Shown in pieces: positions 28,735 through 37,374 of a stretch of 37,664 nucleotides of DNA. The number at the start of each line of letters is the position of its first letter. Position 1 is the stretch's first letter. The stretch is from a virus. Below the pieces are notes generated by a model. It was not told the origin of the DNA, ran no database searches, and saw nothing but the letters and a program-made list of their open reading frames with translations. The position numbers were made by a program, and so were the translations under genes. The stretch is taken from UHGV virus genome UHGV-0120097; one strand, written 5' to 3'.

Positions 28735-29391
28735 ATGGAAAAAAAGACAGGAGAAACTTTAAAAAATATTAGAAAAAAATATAACATTACAGGAGAAAAG
28801 ATGGCAGAAATTTTAGGGTGTAGCACTCAATTTATTTATGCAATAGAAAAAAATAAAAATAAATTTCCTGTAAAAAAATTAGAATTGATAAAAAATATTG
28901 TATCTGAAATCGATTATTTCGATTTAATAGAAGCAATAAAATTTGATACTGAACCTGCAAGCCTTAAAAACGAAGTTTTAAAAATCCAAAGTATAGAAGA
29001 GATAAAACAAAAGAAGATACCTTTTTATCCAGATATTGAAGCTTCAGCAGGGTATGGAAGATTTAATGATAGTGAAATTGTAGAGTTCTTAGAAGTTCCA
29101 GAAGATTTAGCAAGACCAGGAAATATAGCTATAAGAGTTGCTGGAGATTCTATGGAACCAGAGATTAAAGACGGAGATACTATTGTAATAGATACAAATT
29201 GTATAGAATGTATTTTAAATAAAATAATAGTTGTTAATTATCAAGGGGCAGTATATTTAAAAAAATATGTTGAAGAAAATGGAAAAATATTTTTAAAAAG
29301 TATAAATCCATATTACCCTAAAATTAGAATAGGAAACAGAGAAGAACTTAGAGTTATTGGGAAGTTAAAAAGTGTTATGAGGTATTATTAG
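28735..29391 (+). CDS. CI-like repressor (XRE HTH + S24 LexA-like peptidase domain)
   Basis: N-terminal LKNIRKKYNITGEKMAEILGCSTQFIYAIE HTH. C-terminal AGDSMEP (Ser nucleophile) with a downstream Lys. Transcribed divergently from the early operon. Confidence 0.85.
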   Translation: MEKKTGETLKNIRKKYNITGEKMAEILGCSTQFIYAIEKNKNKFPVKKLELIKNIVSEIDYFDLIEAIKFDTEPASLKNEVLKIQSIEEIKQKKIPFYPDIEASAGYGRFNDSEIVEFLEVPEDLARPGNIAIRVAGDSMEPEIKDGDTIVIDTNCIECILNKIIVVNYQGAVYLKKYVEENGKIFLKSINPYYPKIRIGNREELRVIGKLKSVMRYY

Positions 29392-29400
29392 GGGGATAAA

Positions 29401-30003
29401 ATGTATAGATTTTTAAATCATTTAATTTATACAATTGGAGAAACAATATTAGGATTTATTTTTATTTTAGGAATAATTTTTATTTGGGTATCTATTCAAG
29501 AGGGGATAAAAAATAAAAGTTCTAAAAAAATTGAAAAAAGCAAAGTCGAAGTTATAGAAAAAGAAATAGAAAATCCAAATATAAACAAAGCTAAAAAATT
29601 ACAAGATGAAAAAATTAATAGTTATTGTACATTTAATTTTTTTGAAAAACTAGATAAAACGTTTGAAAATATTAGTAAAATTTATCCAGATTCTATATTA
29701 ATTGAATGGCAGAATAATAAAACAGAATATGTCAAAAGTATAGATATAGATAAAAAAAATTTTGATTCAATAACAACTGCTATAAAAAGATTAAATTTTT
29801 ATATAACAAATTTTCAAAATAGTATAAAAGATTTTGTAACAGACATAAAAGAATTTGATTTGGTTAGAGAGAAACTTCAAAAAAATATATATATTTTTGA
29901 TGAAGATATGGATATTTTATATAGAGTAATTTTTTTTATTAAAGAAGATGGTGTTTTTTATTCTTTAAAAGTTCAAGTAAAAGAGATAGAAGAATTAAAT
30001 TAA
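29401..30003 (+). CDS. membrane-anchored protein co-transcribed with CI (candidate superinfection-exclusion / abortive-infection moron)
   Basis: N-terminal TM helix (ILGFIFILGIIFIWVSI) then a soluble domain. It is in the prophage-expressed position, followed by a terminator. Confidence 0.45.
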   Translation: MYRFLNHLIYTIGETILGFIFILGIIFIWVSIQEGIKNKSSKKIEKSKVEVIEKEIENPNINKAKKLQDEKINSYCTFNFFEKLDKTFENISKIYPDSILIEWQNNKTEYVKSIDIDKKNFDSITTAIKRLNFYITNFQNSIKDFVTDIKEFDLVREKLQKNIYIFDEDMDILYRVIFFIKEDGVFYSLKVQVKEIEELN

Positions 30004-30022
30004 AAATGTAAAATACTTACCA

Positions 30023-30050
30023 AGAGGAGAAATTTTTTCTCCTCTTTTTT
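30023..30050 (+). terminator. rho-independent terminator
   Basis: AGAGGAGA-aatttt-TCTCCTCT followed by TTTTTT. Confidence 0.7.
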
Positions 30051-30094
30051 ATTGCTTGAAACTTAGTAAAAATAGTACTTCACAAATACAACTA

Positions 30095-30180
30095 AATTAA
30101 TTGTACAACTTATTTACTTTTTTAATCTTGACAAAACAATTAATTTAGTTGTATTTTATATTATATAAAATATTGTGAGG
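30095..30180 (+). promoter_or_regulatory. promoter with inverted-repeat operators for the Cro-like gene
   Basis: ACAACTAAATTA ... TTGACA ... TAATTTAGTTGT inverted 12-mers flank a TTGACA -35. An AT-rich -10 region (tattatataaaat) follows. Confidence 0.45.
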
Positions 30181-30189
30181 TAAAATTTT

Positions 30190-30405
30190 ATGGATATAAA
30201 TATAAGAATAGCAGAAAATATAAAAAAAAGAATAAATAAGAAGTACAAAACAACTAAAGAAGCTAGTATTGCTGGAGGTTGGGGAGAAAAATATTTAACT
30301 AATATGATAAGCGACTTAAAGAATAAAAATAATTTTCCTAGTATTCCCCAACTTATAAAAATAGCTAATCTTTGTAATTGTGATATAAAAGAATTTTTCA
30401 AATAA
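30190..30405 (+). CDS. Cro/XRE-family HTH regulator
   Basis: 71 aa. TKEASIAGGWGEKYLTNMIS reads as an HTH. First gene of the rightward transcript. Confidence 0.55.
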   Translation: MDINIRIAENIKKRINKKYKTTKEASIAGGWGEKYLTNMISDLKNKNNFPSIPQLIKIANLCNCDIKEFFK

Positions 30406-30448
30406 CAAATAACATTTTAACACCAGGAAAACGAAAGGAGGTGCAGGA

Positions 30449-30586
30449 ATGGAAGAAACAAAAGAACTCGTTGAGACATTGAAGTATTTTAAAGAAGAGC
30501 TAGACAAAATGGACTTGAGAAATGAAGTCAAAGAACATATGTTAATGATGTTCTATGAAAGAAAAATAAGAGATATAGAATTTTAA
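30449..30586 (+). CDS. small hypothetical protein (45 aa)
   Basis: ATG after aaaggaggtgcaggaATG, reading MEETKELVETLKYFKEELDK.... Below the track cutoff. Confidence 0.3.
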   Translation: MEETKELVETLKYFKEELDKMDLRNEVKEHMLMMFYERKIRDIEF

Positions 30587-30613
30587 AACATACTAATAAA
30601 TATTTTTTTACCC

Positions 30614-30640
30614 AAAAAACGCAAAAAAAATTGCGTTTTT
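30614..30640. terminator. bidirectional hairpin terminator
   Basis: AAAACGCAA-aaaaaaa-TTGCGTTTT. Confidence 0.55.
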
Positions 30641-30844
30641 GAGGGTATAAAAGTAAGAAAAAATCTTCTGAAACTAGCATAAATTCTATGTTTTTAAAAA
30701 AATTTTTTGACATAAAATTATATATAATGCTCCCGTTTATATTAGAGAGAGCAGCATATAAAAAAATAAAATATACCTGATTTTCTTAGAGATAGTTTTA
30801 AAACTTAAAGCTATCTTTTAGAAAATTAAAAGGGGGTGGGTTAG

Positions 30845-31933
30845 ATTGTAGATACCGCAAGTATAAATTATTCAGTTAGACAAACTGACTTTGATTTTAT
30901 AATCGGGTCAGCTAATCTATTACTGAAAGAAGAGGCACAAGCAGAAAATAAAAGAATATTATATAAAAATATCCAGCTAAAAAAATTTAGCTGGTTAAAC
31001 TTTATAGGAGTAGAGGAGAAAAGAAACTCTATAACTATAACAATATCTTTTAGTTATTCCAGATATGATAACAATGACAATTACAAGCTAGCAAAAAATA
31101 AAAAAGTTATTGCTCAAGTACATCAAGAATTAATCTTAATACTTAGAAGCATAACAGGGGAACTTGTAAGAGAAGAGGATATAGTTATAACAAGTCTAGA
31201 CCTCTCAAACCAATTAGAAGTTGAGAACATTAGAAATTATTATCAAGTTTTAAATTTGATATACAGAGCCTATAAAAATATCTTTCCAACCTCAAGAATG
31301 TATTTTGATACAGACAACAAAAAAAGATTGGAACTTGACGGAGTAGACTTTAGAGAAAAAGGTAAAAGACCAAGAGATAGCAAGGCTTACTTTAAAATCT
31401 ATTCCAAAAGAAAAGAGATGGAAGATACGGGAAAAGAGGGAGTAAAGAAAAGACAAGCATTAAGAGGAGAGTTGACACTAAGACCTCCGCACCTCAAGAC
31501 CTACAACTTAAATCATCTGGGTGGAATAACTAAAGATAATCTAGCTGCAGCACTTAGAAAAACAATAGGAGCAATACTTACAGAGCAGATAGTCAAAGAG
31601 TTAAACTATGACATCACGGAATTAAAAAAGATAGTTGCTCCAGGAACTAAGGGGCTAGCAGAAAGACTTATGATGAAAGAGTATTTAATATTTGATATTA
31701 GATTACTTGATGTTGTAATGACTGAAAATAATATGAGTATTAAAAAAAGAGCTATTCAATACCAGAAAAAGAAAGTTATTGAAAAGCTGGAAGAGCTAGA
31801 AAAACTTGGAGAGATTAAAAAGTCTTATTCCAAGAACTTTGAAAGATTGGAAAAACTACTCAAAAAAATAGCTAAAGTTAGTATAAAAATAAGACTAGGA
31901 GAAGAGGGGGCAGAGTTAGAATGGCAGGAATAA
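30845..31933 (+). CDS. hypothetical protein (about 363 aa) with no canonical start codon; probable ATT initiation
   Basis: Frame 2 is open for 137 codons upstream of the first TTG (31256), starting right after the strong SD aaaagggggtggg at 30828-30840. The only triplet at the correct spacing is ATT at 30845. The 3' end overlaps TerS. Confidence 0.45.
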   Translation: MVDTASINYSVRQTDFDFIIGSANLLLKEEAQAENKRILYKNIQLKKFSWLNFIGVEEKRNSITITISFSYSRYDNNDNYKLAKNKKVIAQVHQELILILRSITGELVREEDIVITSLDLSNQLEVENIRNYYQVLNLIYRAYKNIFPTSRMYFDTDNKKRLELDGVDFREKGKRPRDSKAYFKIYSKRKEMEDTGKEGVKKRQALRGELTLRPPHLKTYNLNHLGGITKDNLAAALRKTIGAILTEQIVKELNYDITELKKIVAPGTKGLAERLMMKEYLIFDIRLLDVVMTENNMSIKKRAIQYQKKKVIEKLEELEKLGEIKKSYSKNFERLEKLLKKIAKVSIKIRLGEEGAELEWQE

Positions 31934-32409
31934 CCAAAGAGCAGGAAGAGAAGTTCATATCATCATTTCTAGTTTGTAAAAATGGAATGAAAGCCATGCA
32001 AGCTGCTGGAATCCCATTCGACCTAAAGCTAATGCACAAGCTAATGAGTAGTAAGAAAATCAACAAGCAAATAGAGGAACACTTAGAAATGGTGGACTTT
32101 ATGCTAGGTAGAGATAAAATGGGACACTTAGCAATAATGCAAGGGCTATTTGAACAGGCAGCAGGACTAGAAGATACAAAGATTATAAGACTTACAGACA
32201 AAGGACTACTAGAAAAAACAGGTAAATTTGTAGATTTTAAAGCAGCAGTTCAACTGTCGCAAAGAATAGAAACTCTGGCAGGCTGGGACAAGCAAGGTGG
32301 AACTAATAACATTGAGGTTTCATTAGAGCTGGGAGAAAAGACAGAGGACAAGCAAGAGCAAAGAGATGACAAGACTAAGAAATTCTTACAAGTTGAGGGG
32401 GTTGTGTAA
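31921..32409 (+). CDS. terS: terminase small subunit (Terminase_2-like)
   Basis: ITKEQEEKFISSFLVCKNGMKAMQAAGIP matches the TerS N-terminal HTH pattern (T.kQe.F...yl...N...A...AGY). Acidic C-terminus with ...AGWDKQ. Sits upstream of the head genes. Confidence 0.55.
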   Translation: MAGITKEQEEKFISSFLVCKNGMKAMQAAGIPFDLKLMHKLMSSKKINKQIEEHLEMVDFMLGRDKMGHLAIMQGLFEQAAGLEDTKIIRLTDKGLLEKTGKFVDFKAAVQLSQRIETLAGWDKQGGTNNIEVSLELGEKTEDKQEQRDDKTKKFLQVEGVV

Positions 32410-32889
32410 ATGCTTGAGGGAGTATCAAGAGAAGATAAAGCTTTTCTAGTGCTAAAAGAAATACTAGAAGAGGAGCAACAAGCAAACATTGAAAAGTATA
32501 AGTTTTTCACAGGTTCATTAGATGACCTAAATATAAAAGGGCTAGATGAACTGATGATGTTATCTATCAATGATGGACACATAGTAGGTTATATGGGCTG
32601 TATCTATAACATACCACATGACAAAATAATATCGCTAGACTTTATTTTTCTAGGAGATAACCTCACAGAGAGAAAAGAGTTCTTAGATGATTTCGCTAAA
32701 TTTTGTAGTATGCTTGATAAACTCTATAAAAAAATAGAATTAAATATAGTTCCAGAAAGTCCAGCATATAAACTGGCTATGAAGTTTTTTAAAAGATATA
32801 ACTTTAGAAAAGTTGGGACTTTTAGAAAAGCAAGAAAAATCCTTGATAAATTCTATGATGTAGAAGCATGGGAAAAGGAGGAGAGATAA
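32410..32889 (+). CDS. GNAT-like acetyltransferase-fold protein (tentative)
   Basis: C-terminal ELNIVPESPAYKLAMKFFKRYNFRKVG resembles GNAT motif B. It occupies the slot where TerL would normally sit. Confidence 0.3.
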   Translation: MLEGVSREDKAFLVLKEILEEEQQANIEKYKFFTGSLDDLNIKGLDELMMLSINDGHIVGYMGCIYNIPHDKIISLDFIFLGDNLTERKEFLDDFAKFCSMLDKLYKKIELNIVPESPAYKLAMKFFKRYNFRKVGTFRKARKILDKFYDVEAWEKEER

Positions 32890-32890
32890 T

Positions 32891-33166
32891 ATAAAATTTA
32901 AACCAAATATCCAATTGTTTGGTGGTGGTGGAAATGTATTAGGAGGACTTGTTGATACCATTACTTTAGGAGCTACTGACTTTAGTGGTACTAAAAAGCA
33001 ACAAAAAAGAATGGAAGAGGAACTCAAAAAGCAAAGAGAGGCAGAGGCTAAAAAGCAGCAAGCAGAAAAAGACAAGCAAAAGAATACTGCGATACAATTC
33101 CAAGAGAGCATAAGACAAGGTAATTTAGGACTACTAAAGAAAAGTAGTACCCAGACAATAGGATAA
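32891..33166 (+). CDS. small head protein with an N-terminal NIQLFGG Prp-cleavage-like motif; non-canonical start (ATA?)
   Basis: Frame 2 reads IKFKPNIQLFGGGGNVLGG.... The first canonical start (TTG 32915) is the Leu inside the conserved motif. SD aaggagga lies 9 nt before ATA 32891. Confidence 0.4.
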   Translation: MKFKPNIQLFGGGGNVLGGLVDTITLGATDFSGTKKQQKRMEEELKKQREAEAKKQQAEKDKQKNTAIQFQESIRQGNLGLLKKSSTQTIG

Positions 33167-33175
33167 GGAGATACT

Positions 33176-33766
33176 ATGGAAGATAGAATTAAAAATCTAT
33201 TTCGTAGTAGATTCCAGGAGGCACAACAGGAAAGAAATGTAATACTAGCTTGGTATTTGAAAGCTAGAGCACATTTTCTACCAAGAGAAATTAATTTAAA
33301 TGGTGTAGACAGTACAGGACTAGCATATGCTACTAAGTTAGCTAACAAGTTATCAGCTATGATACTTAATAGTAATCATATCTGGGCTTGGATAGAAACA
33401 CCAAGGTTTGAAGATATATCAAGAGATGACAAGATTATCTTTAGACGCATAACAGAAATAGTATTTGATGAGATTCAAGAAAATTCTAACTTTGAAACAG
33501 AGAAAGCTGTAATTCTTATGGACTACCTAATAGGAACGGCAGTTTTTAAAGTTAGATTTACTGGTAAAATTGCAAATCCCGTGGAATTTCAACCAGTACC
33601 CAATATAAATGTTTATCTTACTAAAAGAAGAGGTAAAGAACCTGGAGATGTATTCTACAATGCAGGCAAAGTGAGAAAACATCAGATTCTTAATCTTTTT
33701 GGAGAAAAGGCTTATAACTCTGAAAAAGTTCAAAGAATGTCGCAAGATGACGAGATAGAGTTGTGA
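33176..33766 (+). CDS. portal protein, N-terminal part (ends at an in-frame TGA)
   Basis: Strong SD. The position (TerS ... portal-scaffold-MCP) and the combined size (about 502 codons) fit a portal. A TGA at 33764-33766 interrupts the frame. Confidence 0.5.
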   Translation: MEDRIKNLFRSRFQEAQQERNVILAWYLKARAHFLPREINLNGVDSTGLAYATKLANKLSAMILNSNHIWAWIETPRFEDISRDDKIIFRRITEIVFDEIQENSNFETEKAVILMDYLIGTAVFKVRFTGKIANPVEFQPVPNINVYLTKRRGKEPGDVFYNAGKVRKHQILNLFGEKAYNSEKVQRMSQDDEIEL

Positions 33767-33796
33767 GAGGGGACAATATACGACCAAGAAACTAAA

Positions 33797-34684
33797 ATGT
33801 TTCATTATGTAGTTTCTACTTCGAATGAGTTCACAGACGTTTTAGATCACAGGATAGACACTTACAATCCGTGGATAGTTGCAAGATATGAAAGTATTGG
33901 AGATAGTCCATATGGTATAGGACCTTGTGTTAAAGCGATAATGGAGATTGAGGGGCTAAAAGAAGTTAAAGCTAACATCAGACGTATTGCTAAGAAACAG
34001 GCTAGACCAAGCTATTTAGGTTATGGGCAAGCTAAATATATTCAGAACTCAAGAATAGATGAGCCAGGAGCTATATCTTTAATGGGACAATCACCAGGGC
34101 AAAATCAGATAATACCATTCAACAGGGGAGAGAATGCTAACATGGAGTTCTTTAACCTGGATATGTACAAGGAACTTTTAAGAGATATATTCTATATCAA
34201 CCTAATTGAGAGTGTTCAGAACATAGACCAATTAAAGAATGTTACTGCAACAACAACTCAAGCAATAGTAACAGAGTTCTCAAGACAAATAGAGCCAACA
34301 TATGCACTAATGCAAAGGGAACTATTAAGAGAGATAGTTATAAAAGTTTTTCAATGCTTACAAAAGATTAGCATTATAGATATATCTAAAATTAAAGCTT
34401 TACAGGAAAACCCAAGATTAAAGATAAGATTCTACAATGCCTTGACTATTGCTCAAGACCAAGACGACCTCGAAAGAAATATGTTGTATTTCCAAAATAT
34501 AGCAAGCACTCTGGGACCTCAAGTTGCAGCAGCTAATATGAACCAAGCAGAATACATAAACGCTCAACAAAAAAGGTTTAGAATCAATAACAAAGAATGG
34601 AAATCTGGAGAGGAAACAGAAAAGCAAGTTGAGGAAATGAACGCTATGATAGCTGCACAACAAGGGGGAATGATAGAGCAATGA
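33797..34684 (+). CDS. portal protein, C-terminal part (same frame as 33176..33766)
   Basis: Frame 2 is continuous from 33767 through 34684. There is no SD before ATG 33797. Confidence 0.5.
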   Translation: MFHYVVSTSNEFTDVLDHRIDTYNPWIVARYESIGDSPYGIGPCVKAIMEIEGLKEVKANIRRIAKKQARPSYLGYGQAKYIQNSRIDEPGAISLMGQSPGQNQIIPFNRGENANMEFFNLDMYKELLRDIFYINLIESVQNIDQLKNVTATTTQAIVTEFSRQIEPTYALMQRELLREIVIKVFQCLQKISIIDISKIKALQENPRLKIRFYNALTIAQDQDDLERNMLYFQNIASTLGPQVAAANMNQAEYINAQQKRFRINNKEWKSGEETEKQVEEMNAMIAAQQGGMIEQ

Positions 34685-34902
34685 CAGAAGATGTAAAAGA
34701 ATTTGAAACCCTAAAGAGAAGATATAGAGATGATAGAGCTTTAAAAAGATTGTTTGAGTTATATCTAATACTTGAGCATAACAAAGTATCTATCATGAAT
34801 GAAAAAGGAGTTGATACAACAGGTAAAGTAAAGGAGATAACAGGAGCAAACAGTTTATATATTGAGATATTTACAAAGGAGGCAAAAGAAGAAAATGACT
34901 GA
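34681..34902 (+). CDS. hypothetical small head-module protein
   Basis: 73 aa with an ATGA overlap with the portal stop. Confidence 0.45.
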   Translation: MTEDVKEFETLKRRYRDDRALKRLFELYLILEHNKVSIMNEKGVDTTGKVKEITGANSLYIEIFTKEAKEEND

Positions 34903-35557
34903 TAAAGAAAGATTTAAATTTAATATCCAATTATTTGGAGGAGCAGAGGGAGGAGATACAGGAGGAGAACCTACACCAAATTCAGAGCCAACAATAAATA
35001 CAGGAGCTGGAGGAGAACCACCACAACCAAGTGGAGATAATAGAGCAGGGGCAGAACCTAAATTAGAGCCATTAACTTGGGAAGGAATAAAGGCAGAAGA
35101 TTACCAAGAGATTGGAGATATAGCACCATATATCGCAGAGGCTCAAGAAAAAGGTTACACTCCAGAGTACATTAAATCAAGACTAGATGATAGAAAAGCT
35201 TATCTAGCAGAACAAAAAGCAGCTTTCACTCCAGAACTTAATGCAAGTATGGAAGCAATAAATAACTTCATAGGAGCAGAGAAAGACACAGATAGACAGA
35301 TAGTATATAGAGCTATGGCAGAAAATGCAATAGGAGCTCAAATCCTAAAGGAATACATGGAAATGAAAGCAGGAAGTACAGGAAGTGTAGTAGGAGTTGG
35401 AAAAACACAGCTTTCAACAGATTATACACATGATGGATTCATTGAGGCTTATAATCAATCTTTAGATACAAATGATAAAGGTTTAATGAATAAATTAAAA
35501 GAATATGCACAAGCTAAAAAGCAAGATGACCCATTTTATTGGGATTTTATAAAATAA
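34895..35557 (+). CDS. scaffolding protein with an N-terminal Prp-type cleavage motif
   Basis: MTDKERFKFNIQLFGGAEGG..., a low-complexity Gly/Pro/Glu linker and an alpha-helical remainder. It sits immediately upstream of the capsid gene. ATG at 34895 after aaggagg. Confidence 0.5.
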   Translation: MTDKERFKFNIQLFGGAEGGDTGGEPTPNSEPTINTGAGGEPPQPSGDNRAGAEPKLEPLTWEGIKAEDYQEIGDIAPYIAEAQEKGYTPEYIKSRLDDRKAYLAEQKAAFTPELNASMEAINNFIGAEKDTDRQIVYRAMAENAIGAQILKEYMEMKAGSTGSVVGVGKTQLSTDYTHDGFIEAYNQSLDTNDKGLMNKLKEYAQAKKQDDPFYWDFIK

Positions 35558-35575
35558 GATTTTAAGGAGGAATAC

Positions 35576-36841
35576 TTGAGAAATGAAAAAACTTTATTAG
35601 GAAGCACAGGATTAAATATCCAGCTATTTGCTGGAGCTGGAGGATATGAATACGGAAACGTAAACCTTTCAGCAGGAGAACAGGCTAAATATGTAAATAG
35701 TGTAAAAAGAGCCTTAAATACAACAAACAAAATGCCACTTGAGGGTTGGTTTGAAAAATCAGCTTCAACAAAAGAGGCTTATTCTTTATTCTATGTATCT
35801 GGAAGATTAGAAGCTAGAGATATAGATGACACACAAGCTATGTCTGGACCTAATTATACACCAGGAGAGGTTAAAGGGCAAGATACAGGAACTTTCTTAC
35901 AAAGTATTAGAGTATATCCAACAGGAATGGAATGTCCTGTATATGTTAAGAGAAGAGATTTCGACCGTTCTCAACTAGATGAAAAATCGGTAATAATAGA
36001 TGCACAAATAGCTGCAACTCGTGGAAAATGTGCTAAAAGAATAGCTGAACTTTTCAAAGATTGTATAACAAATAAGAAAAGAACAGTTTATGACAATAAC
36101 AACAAAACATTTGATTTAACTATTCCAGAAAGTCAATTTTACGGAGATGAAACAAAAGAGTTTGATACTCCAGAAAATATAAAACTATTCAGACAAATGA
36201 TGTTACAAGCTCAAGAAGCAGCAGAAGCTCAAGGATTGAGAATAGCTATAGTGTCTGGTGTAGAAGGGAATACAGAGCTTGCAAATGCTGAAAGATTCTC
36301 AAGTAAAGATTTTGGAGAGGGAGAAACAAGAAAAACAGGAAAACCATTATCTATGTTGATGGGTGGACATGTAGAAAGCTTATTCCAATTTGACAAAACT
36401 TTATATCCAACAGGTAGTGAAGGAGTAGGATATTTTGTAGTTATGGTTGAAAGAAGTTTTGGACAAGATAACAAAGATGTATCAGTAACACCAGAAGCTA
36501 ACTATATAGCTGATAAAAAATCATACTTATTAGATGTTGAAGTGTATAACTCAACAGAATTATTAAATCCAGAGGGAGTATTCTTTTTCAAGTATAAGAG
36601 AACAACAGGAGCAGCTGCAGCCTCAGTAGAACCAGTATCTGCTATGGCTATGAATACAATGTCGTTAGCAAATAATGAACAACTAGAGCAGGAAAAAGAG
36701 ATTGAAAAAATGAGAATGGAGAGAGTAGAAAAAGAGTTAGAACTAGAAAGATTAAGAGCAGCTAACAAACAAGCAGCAGTTACTGAAACACAAGAAGCAC
36801 CAGCAACAACTACTACAAAAGCAGCTAAAAAATCAGAATAG
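35576..36841 (+). CDS. major capsid protein with an N-terminal Prp-type cleavage motif
   Basis: TTG start after taaggagg. N-terminus LLGSTGLNIQLFAGAGG. 421 aa, followed by a strong terminator. Confidence 0.55.
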   Translation: MRNEKTLLGSTGLNIQLFAGAGGYEYGNVNLSAGEQAKYVNSVKRALNTTNKMPLEGWFEKSASTKEAYSLFYVSGRLEARDIDDTQAMSGPNYTPGEVKGQDTGTFLQSIRVYPTGMECPVYVKRRDFDRSQLDEKSVIIDAQIAATRGKCAKRIAELFKDCITNKKRTVYDNNNKTFDLTIPESQFYGDETKEFDTPENIKLFRQMMLQAQEAAEAQGLRIAIVSGVEGNTELANAERFSSKDFGEGETRKTGKPLSMLMGGHVESLFQFDKTLYPTGSEGVGYFVVMVERSFGQDNKDVSVTPEANYIADKKSYLLDVEVYNSTELLNPEGVFFFKYKRTTGAAAASVEPVSAMAMNTMSLANNEQLEQEKEIEKMRMERVEKELELERLRAANKQAAVTETQEAPATTTTKAAKKSE

Positions 36842-36880
36842 ACAGGAAGCAACAATTTAATTTAACCATTACAACTGAAT

Positions 36881-36912
36881 AGAGGGATACTGCATTTTCC
36901 CTCTATTTTTTA
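36881..36912 (+). terminator. rho-independent terminator after the capsid gene
   Basis: AGAGGGA-tactgcatt-TCCCTCT followed by ATTTTTT. Confidence 0.7.
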
Positions 36913-36925
36913 TAAGGAGGAAAAT

Positions 36926-37234
36926 ATGGAAAAGATAAAAGGCTTAAATGTATTTATATTAGAATTAGACCCAGGAATGGAGGGGTATTTTGTAACTGAA
37001 TGGGATAATTTATACCAAGAAAATAAAGAAAGAAAAGACATAGATGATCTAACTAAAAAGGCAATATGTAGAATGTATGCAAAAATGTTAAAACAAATTT
37101 GGGGGCAAGAGTTGGAATATCACAAAAAAATAAAAGAAAATGGGAACTATCAAGGTATTAAAACACCTGAATTTGTAGATAAAATGATAGCAGTTTTAGA
37201 AAAGCAATTAAAAAAAATAGAAGTAGATTTATAG
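36926..37234 (+). CDS. hypothetical protein
   Basis: 102 aa with SD aaggaggaaaatATG. Confidence 0.5.
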   Translation: MEKIKGLNVFILELDPGMEGYFVTEWDNLYQENKERKDIDDLTKKAICRMYAKMLKQIWGQELEYHKKIKENGNYQGIKTPEFVDKMIAVLEKQLKKIEVDL

Positions 37235-37243
37235 GAGGAAAAT

Positions 37244-37351
37244 ATGAGTAGATTAATAATTGAATTATTTGGAGCAGTCATTGCAGTAGCTGGTGGTTTT
37301 GTATGGGGATATAGAAAATGTAAAAGAGATTATAAGATAAAAAATAAGTAG
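37244..37351 (+). CDS. small membrane peptide (35 aa)
   Basis: SD aggaggaaaatATG. MSRLIIELFGAVIAVAGGFVWGY is a single TM helix. Confidence 0.3.
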   Translation: MSRLIIELFGAVIAVAGGFVWGYRKCKRDYKIKNK

Positions 37352-37374
37352 GAATTGGTAGGAGGTAGTAGGAA

